Assembly (NCBI GenBank): GCA_963766075.1
Contig: CAVYAN010000118.1
Coordinates: forward strand, 1-22,411
DNA length: 22,411 bases
Source of the DNA: an uncultured cyanobacterium
GTDB lineage: Bacteria; Cyanobacteriota; Cyanobacteriia; Leptolyngbyales; Leptolyngbyaceae
Direction of reading: 5' to 3'
Of this stretch, positions 18,964 through 22,411 are shown in pieces. Numbering within the stretch: the first letter of the stretch is position 1; each line of letters opens with the position of its first letter. The notes below the pieces were generated by a model. The model saw nothing but the letters and a program-made list of their open reading frames with translations. It ran no database searches and had not been told where the DNA came from. The position numbers were made by a program, and so were the translations under genes.

Positions 18964-20106
18964 TTAATTTGCCTCCTCCGGTTTGTGGCGATCGCGCCCA
19001 TGCCCATAACTGGCCAGCGGCCCCTGGTCCCGATGCTCATCCAGGGCTTGGGCAATCAACCATTGCAGCTTTGCGATAAACACCGATTCGGCAAATTCCT
19101 GGGCGCGTTGGATGCAGGCGTTGGCCGAAAAGCGTAATCCGGCAAATTGCACTAGGGCGCTGCATAAGCTGTCTACGGTGGGTTCTGGAAACAGGAGGCC
19201 AGTGCGGTAATCCAAAATCACATCGCGGAGACCACTGTGGGCACAGGCGATTGCGGGAATCCCCCGCCCCATTGCCGCCACGGCGGAAAACCCAAAATCG
19301 GCCAGGGCCGATGGATAGATCAGGGCCTTAGCCCCCCCATAAATCTGCGGCAGATCGGCTTCAGCCACATCGCCCAAAAACCGCACCGTGGGACCCGCTA
19401 AGTGCTGGAGCCGGAGGACGTCACTGCCCGTACCGCCAATCCACAGGGGCAGATTGAGCCGCTGACAGGCCGCGATCGCCCAATCTACCTGTTGGTTCGG
19501 CTCTAATGGCCCCAGGTAGAGGTAATACTGGTTACCCGCCTCACCCTCACCCGCCACAGCCACCGGCGGCGGAATCACCTCGGCACTGCGGCGGTAGAAC
19601 TTGCCAATTCGGCGCGCCACCCCAGCCGACGGGGCGACAAAGCGATCGACCCGCTGGGCCGCGTAGAAATCATACTGCCGTACCTGGGTGGCATACTGCC
19701 ATCCGCGTGGACGGGACCGCACACCGCTAGCGGCAAGTTGCTCCCAGAGCGCGCGGGGCGGAGAGAGACAATAGCTCAGATGCAGGGTACGGGCTGGGGT
19801 AATCACCGCCTGACTGATACCCTGTCCAGAAAGAGAAATCACTAAGTCATATTCGGATAAATCTAGGGACTCCCAAATGTAGGGCAGGAGTCTGGGATAA
19901 ACTGCCGCTTGGCGAACGATCGCGGGCAGGTACTGGGCCCAAGTTGTCCGCAGATCCCAGTCTGAAAAGGGCGATCGGGCGACAAGCTGAGGCTGGGCAA
20001 AGGCCGTGTACACAGGAGCGTCGGGATACATCCGATGCAATACCCTGAGCACGCGCTCGGCATCACCATCCTCCCAAAGGCTGTCGTGAACTAGGGCAAC
20101 TCGCAT
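18964..20106 (-). CDS. Glycosyltransferase family 4 (GT-B) protein with degenerate donor-binding motifs
   Basis: MRVALVHD..GDAERVL, DLSEYDLVIS, AAQRVDRF, RRIGKFYRRSAEVIPPPV, VRFLGDV, TGLLFPE. Confidence 0.9.
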   Translation of the reverse strand: MRVALVHDSLWEDGDAERVLRVLHRMYPDAPVYTAFAQPQLVARSPFSDWDLRTTWAQYLPAIVRQAAVYPRLLPYIWESLDLSEYDLVISLSGQGISQAVITPARTLHLSYCLSPPRALWEQLAASGVRSRPRGWQYATQVRQYDFYAAQRVDRFVAPSAGVARRIGKFYRRSAEVIPPPVAVAGEGEAGNQYYLYLGPLEPNQQVDWAIAACQRLNLPLWIGGTGSDVLRLQHLAGPTVRFLGDVAEADLPQIYGGAKALIYPSALADFGFSAVAAMGRGIPAIACAHSGLRDVILDYRTGLLFPEPTVDSLCSALVQFAGLRFSANACIQRAQEFAESVFIAKLQWLIAQALDEHRDQGPLASYGHGRDRHKPEEAN

Positions 20107-20135
20107 AACAGGGTCCAGAAGCAGCAGTTCCTAAT

Positions 20136-20144
20136 AGTATTCCC
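20136..20144 (-). promoter_or_regulatory. SigJ-type J-box (GGGAATACT) upstream of the GT4 gene
   Basis: Exact GGGAATACT on the minus strand, ending 30 nt upstream of ATG 20106. Confidence 0.55.
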
Positions 20145-20154
20145 CAAGCATCAG

Positions 20155-21055
20155 GAGAGTGTTGAAAAGCCCAGAGCATAGCGTAGGAAGGGAAAAGAAG
20201 CCCGATTCCGTAAACTGTCAGAAGACGAAGAATGAGAGCCATGAACCTATCCTATCCGACTGACATGAGTGATGCACAATGGGAACTTTTGTTACCGTTG
20301 CTCCCTGCTGCTAAAGCGGGTGGACGCCCCCGCAGTGTCGATCTCAGAGCCGTTATCAATGCCATCTTTTATATAGTTGTCGCTGGTGGTGCATGGCGCA
20401 TGTTGTCACACACTTTGCCAAGTGGCAAACGGTCTATCACTACTTTAGGGCATGGCGCTTAGAGGGTAGCTGGGAGAAGATTCATGCCCAATGTGTCGAG
20501 TGGGAGCGGGCGATTCAAGGGCATGAGGCCGTGCCGAGTGCTGCCAGTATGGATTCTCAATCGGTAAAAACCGGCCTTCCCACGGCGATCACCATCGGTT
20601 TTGATGGCGGCAAAAAAACGAAAGGACGCAAACATCACCTCATGGTGGACACCTTGGGGTTGGTCATGATGGTTGTGGTCACAGCGGCCAATGTCAGCGA
20701 CCAAGCGGGGGCGCGTCTCCTCTTTAATCGCCTTGCGGCGGTGCCGGAGCGGATAGCGCGGTTGGTGCGGATTTGGGTTGATGGCACCTATGAAGGCGTG
20801 GATTTTATGCGGGTGGACAATGGATACCTACCGCTGGATTCTCGAAACCATTAAACGTTTAGAGGCGGCCAAGGGCTTCGTCTTATTGCCGAAACGGTGG
20901 GTAGTCGAACGCACTTGGGGATGGCTCAATTGGTCACGCCGCTTATCGAAAGACTACGAAGCTTTGCCGGAAACCTCCGAAACCTTCATCTATGTTGCCA
21001 TGATTCGACTCATGCTCAGACGGCTAGCGTAGCTGTTAACTTCTCAGGTATTCCC
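20155..21055 (+). mobile_element. Decayed IS5-family element (IS1031-like group)
   Basis: Left end GAGAGTGTTGAAAAG; degenerate right end CTTCTCAGGTATTCCC; flanks CAG/CAA; encloses the transposase. Confidence 0.8.
20241..21032 (+). pseudogene. IS5-family DDE transposase with two frameshifts (about 20411 and 20812)
   Basis: [20 protein letters not shown] / [43 protein letters not shown] / [26 protein letters not shown] across three frames. Confidence 0.92.
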
Positions 21056-21086
21056 CAATCTTCCACGCTAGGGCCAGGAACCCCGC

Positions 21087-21599
21087 TCAGTATAGCCAGG
21101 GAATCAGCTTTTTCACCCGTTGGCGATAGTCGGGATAATCCGTATATTTGGTACAGAGCCAGGTTTCTTCACGGCTGGCCTTGGCATTGAAGAAGAGGAA
21201 GAGTGCGATCGCCCCCAGACCATGGGTCACACTAACCTGGCTCACAGCCCAAGCCAGAGCCGTAAAAATCAAACCGCTGTAGAGGGGGTGGCGGACCCAG
21301 GTATAGGCCCCAGTTTGCACCAGTTGAGCATCATCTCGGGGGTGAGGTAATGGAGTCAGGCTCTGGCCGAGATCGAGAAACGCTTTGCCGACCAAGACCG
21401 TCGCGGGCAGGGCCAGCAGCAGGGCGATCGCCCAAACTCCGTAAAAGACGGGCGTTGCCAAGGGGAACCAACCGGCAGGATGGTAAACGGGCAGAACGGC
21501 AAACCCCAGAATCAGCAGGAACTGAGCAACCACCCAATATTCGCCCCGTGCCCCTTTCCAACTTTCACGGCTAAATCCCCAGTCTGTTAAAAGTTTCAT
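21087..21599 (-). CDS. Isoprenylcysteine carboxyl methyltransferase (ICMT/Ste14)-family membrane protein
   Basis: LVQTGAYTWVRHPLYSG, KASREETWL..Y.DY..YRQRVKKLIP. Confidence 0.92.
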   Translation of the reverse strand: MKLLTDWGFSRESWKGARGEYWVVAQFLLILGFAVLPVYHPAGWFPLATPVFYGVWAIALLLALPATVLVGKAFLDLGQSLTPLPHPRDDAQLVQTGAYTWVRHPLYSGLIFTALAWAVSQVSVTHGLGAIALFLFFNAKASREETWLCTKYTDYPDYRQRVKKLIPWLY

Positions 21600-21691
21600 G
21601 GTGAATGTCAAGATCTCACCTCATGATCGCATCAGTCGCCTTAGGATTGCATCCTCCGTTGGCCAGATCATCCCAGCAGCATCTTCAGCGA

Positions 21692-22411
21692 CTAATCTTC
21701 GAGGGATTCTGTCGCATTGGGTTGATTTAGAAATTCCTCTGCCGAGGCTTTAGCTGGAGGGGCCGCGACTGGTGCGGAAGTAGCGTCGGTAGGTAGCTGT
21801 CCGGACGTTGTCGCTGCCTTTCCTCCCGCGTTGGCAGCGGCTACTTTGACGCCTGTGTCCGGTAGCACCCGTTGCCAGCTCAGGTTGTTTTGCGGATCAA
21901 TCGTCACCACAATTTTTTCGGGCTTGTTCTTACCCGGTTTACCCGACTTGCCACTGGCAACATCTGGAGCCGCTTTTTGAGGATTGCTGGCAACTTGAGG
22001 ATTGCTGGCAACATCTGCCGCTGGTTTATCGCCCGCCGCATCTTTCCCGGCAGCGTCTTTTTTCGGCGCAGGCGGTTTGTAATCCAGTTTGCAATCAAAG
22101 GTTTGCCCCGGCTTGACAGGTTTATAGGCACCACCGCAGTCCACAACAGGTCGGGTGCCCAATTCGGATTGCAGCGATTCCTGAATTAAGGTTTGCAGTT
22201 TGGCCAGATTCAGTAAGCCTTTGGCACTGGGAACATCCCACACCACATTGCCTTTATCGTCGCTTTGCTTAACGGCAATGGTGAAGGTGTAGCCAGTTTC
22301 AATTTCGCCAATACACTCAAAGCTGGCTCCGGCTTCCGGCTTGATCGTTTTAGGACAGGTGACGGCCTTTAACGAGGTGCCACCCTGCTTGATCACGTCA
22401 TCTTGAATCGA
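21692..22411 (-). CDS. DUF4333-domain protein (5' part outside the window)
   Basis: Two modules VTCP..IKPEAGASFEC and VDCG...VKPGQTFDC, with Ala/Pro/Lys-rich linkers. Confidence 0.75.
   Translation of the reverse strand, partial: SIQDDVIKQGGTSLKAVTCPKTIKPEAGASFECIGEIETGYTFTIAVKQSDDKGNVVWDVPSAKGLLNLAKLQTLIQESLQSELGTRPVVDCGGAYKPVKPGQTFDCKLDYKPPAPKKDAAGKDAAGDKPAADVASNPQVASNPQKAAPDVASGKSGKPGKNKPEKIVVTIDPQNNLSWQRVLPDTGVKVAAANAGGKAATTSGQLPTDATSAPVAAPPAKASAEEFLNQPNATESLED
21977..22012. repeat. 18-bp in-frame tandem duplication (VASNPQ x2)
   Basis: ttgaggattgctggcaac x2. Confidence 0.9.

Larger units (their letters stand above)
3841..21431. repeat. Dispersed HIP1 octamers GCGATCGC
   Basis: More than 20 copies, e.g. 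3841, 3898, 5488, 7045, 9150, 10911, 14921, 17463, 21424. Confidence 0.95.

Noticed and set aside
20400..20820. Programmed frameshifting in the transposase
   Set aside because: Two shifts in opposite directions with no slippery A-run; decay or error is more likely.
20137..21058. 11-bp direct repeat GTATTCCCCAA as the IS target duplication
   Set aside because: The left copy is 7 bp away from the IS end, the right copy overlaps the degenerate IR, and IS1031-group duplications are 3 bp; likely coincidence.

Overview
Cyanobacterial chromosomal window (psaFJ, cyanobacterial ftsH3, more than 20 HIP1 GCGATCGC octamers). The left end (1-5.4 kb) is accessory: a 5'-truncated large surface protein (DUF4347, GGAI/FSGN beta-helix repeats, choice-of-anchor-Q, cadherin-like Ig repeats, PPC domain) with one frameshift, then a scar zone. 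The scar zone holds an RTX-repeat remnant ending at a HIP1 site, GTAG-type REP hairpins around a stub of a REP-associated tyrosine transposase, and a DUF433/DUF5615 toxin-antitoxin pair followed by an integron attC-like site with no integrase in view. The rest is mostly core: DUF427, orphan HlyD, a small Cys-rich membrane protein, a DUF6679-type protein with a long leader, creatininase-family, ftsH3 (split by a 1-nt insertion, probably an assembly error), a short HmpF-like protein, valS, psaJ-psaF, tsaD, msrB, a GT4 lacking its catalytic residues, a decayed IS5, an ICMT-family gene and a DUF4333 gene. Best leads: the attC-linked TA module; a predicted Sm/Hfq-like fold for the DUF6679-type protein; SigJ J-box-like motifs upstream of several motility-plausible genes; the GT4 pseudo-enzyme; interleaved domains in the adhesin; recurrent 14-15-bp intergenic tandem repeats. 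All family calls come from motif recognition by eye, without database searches.
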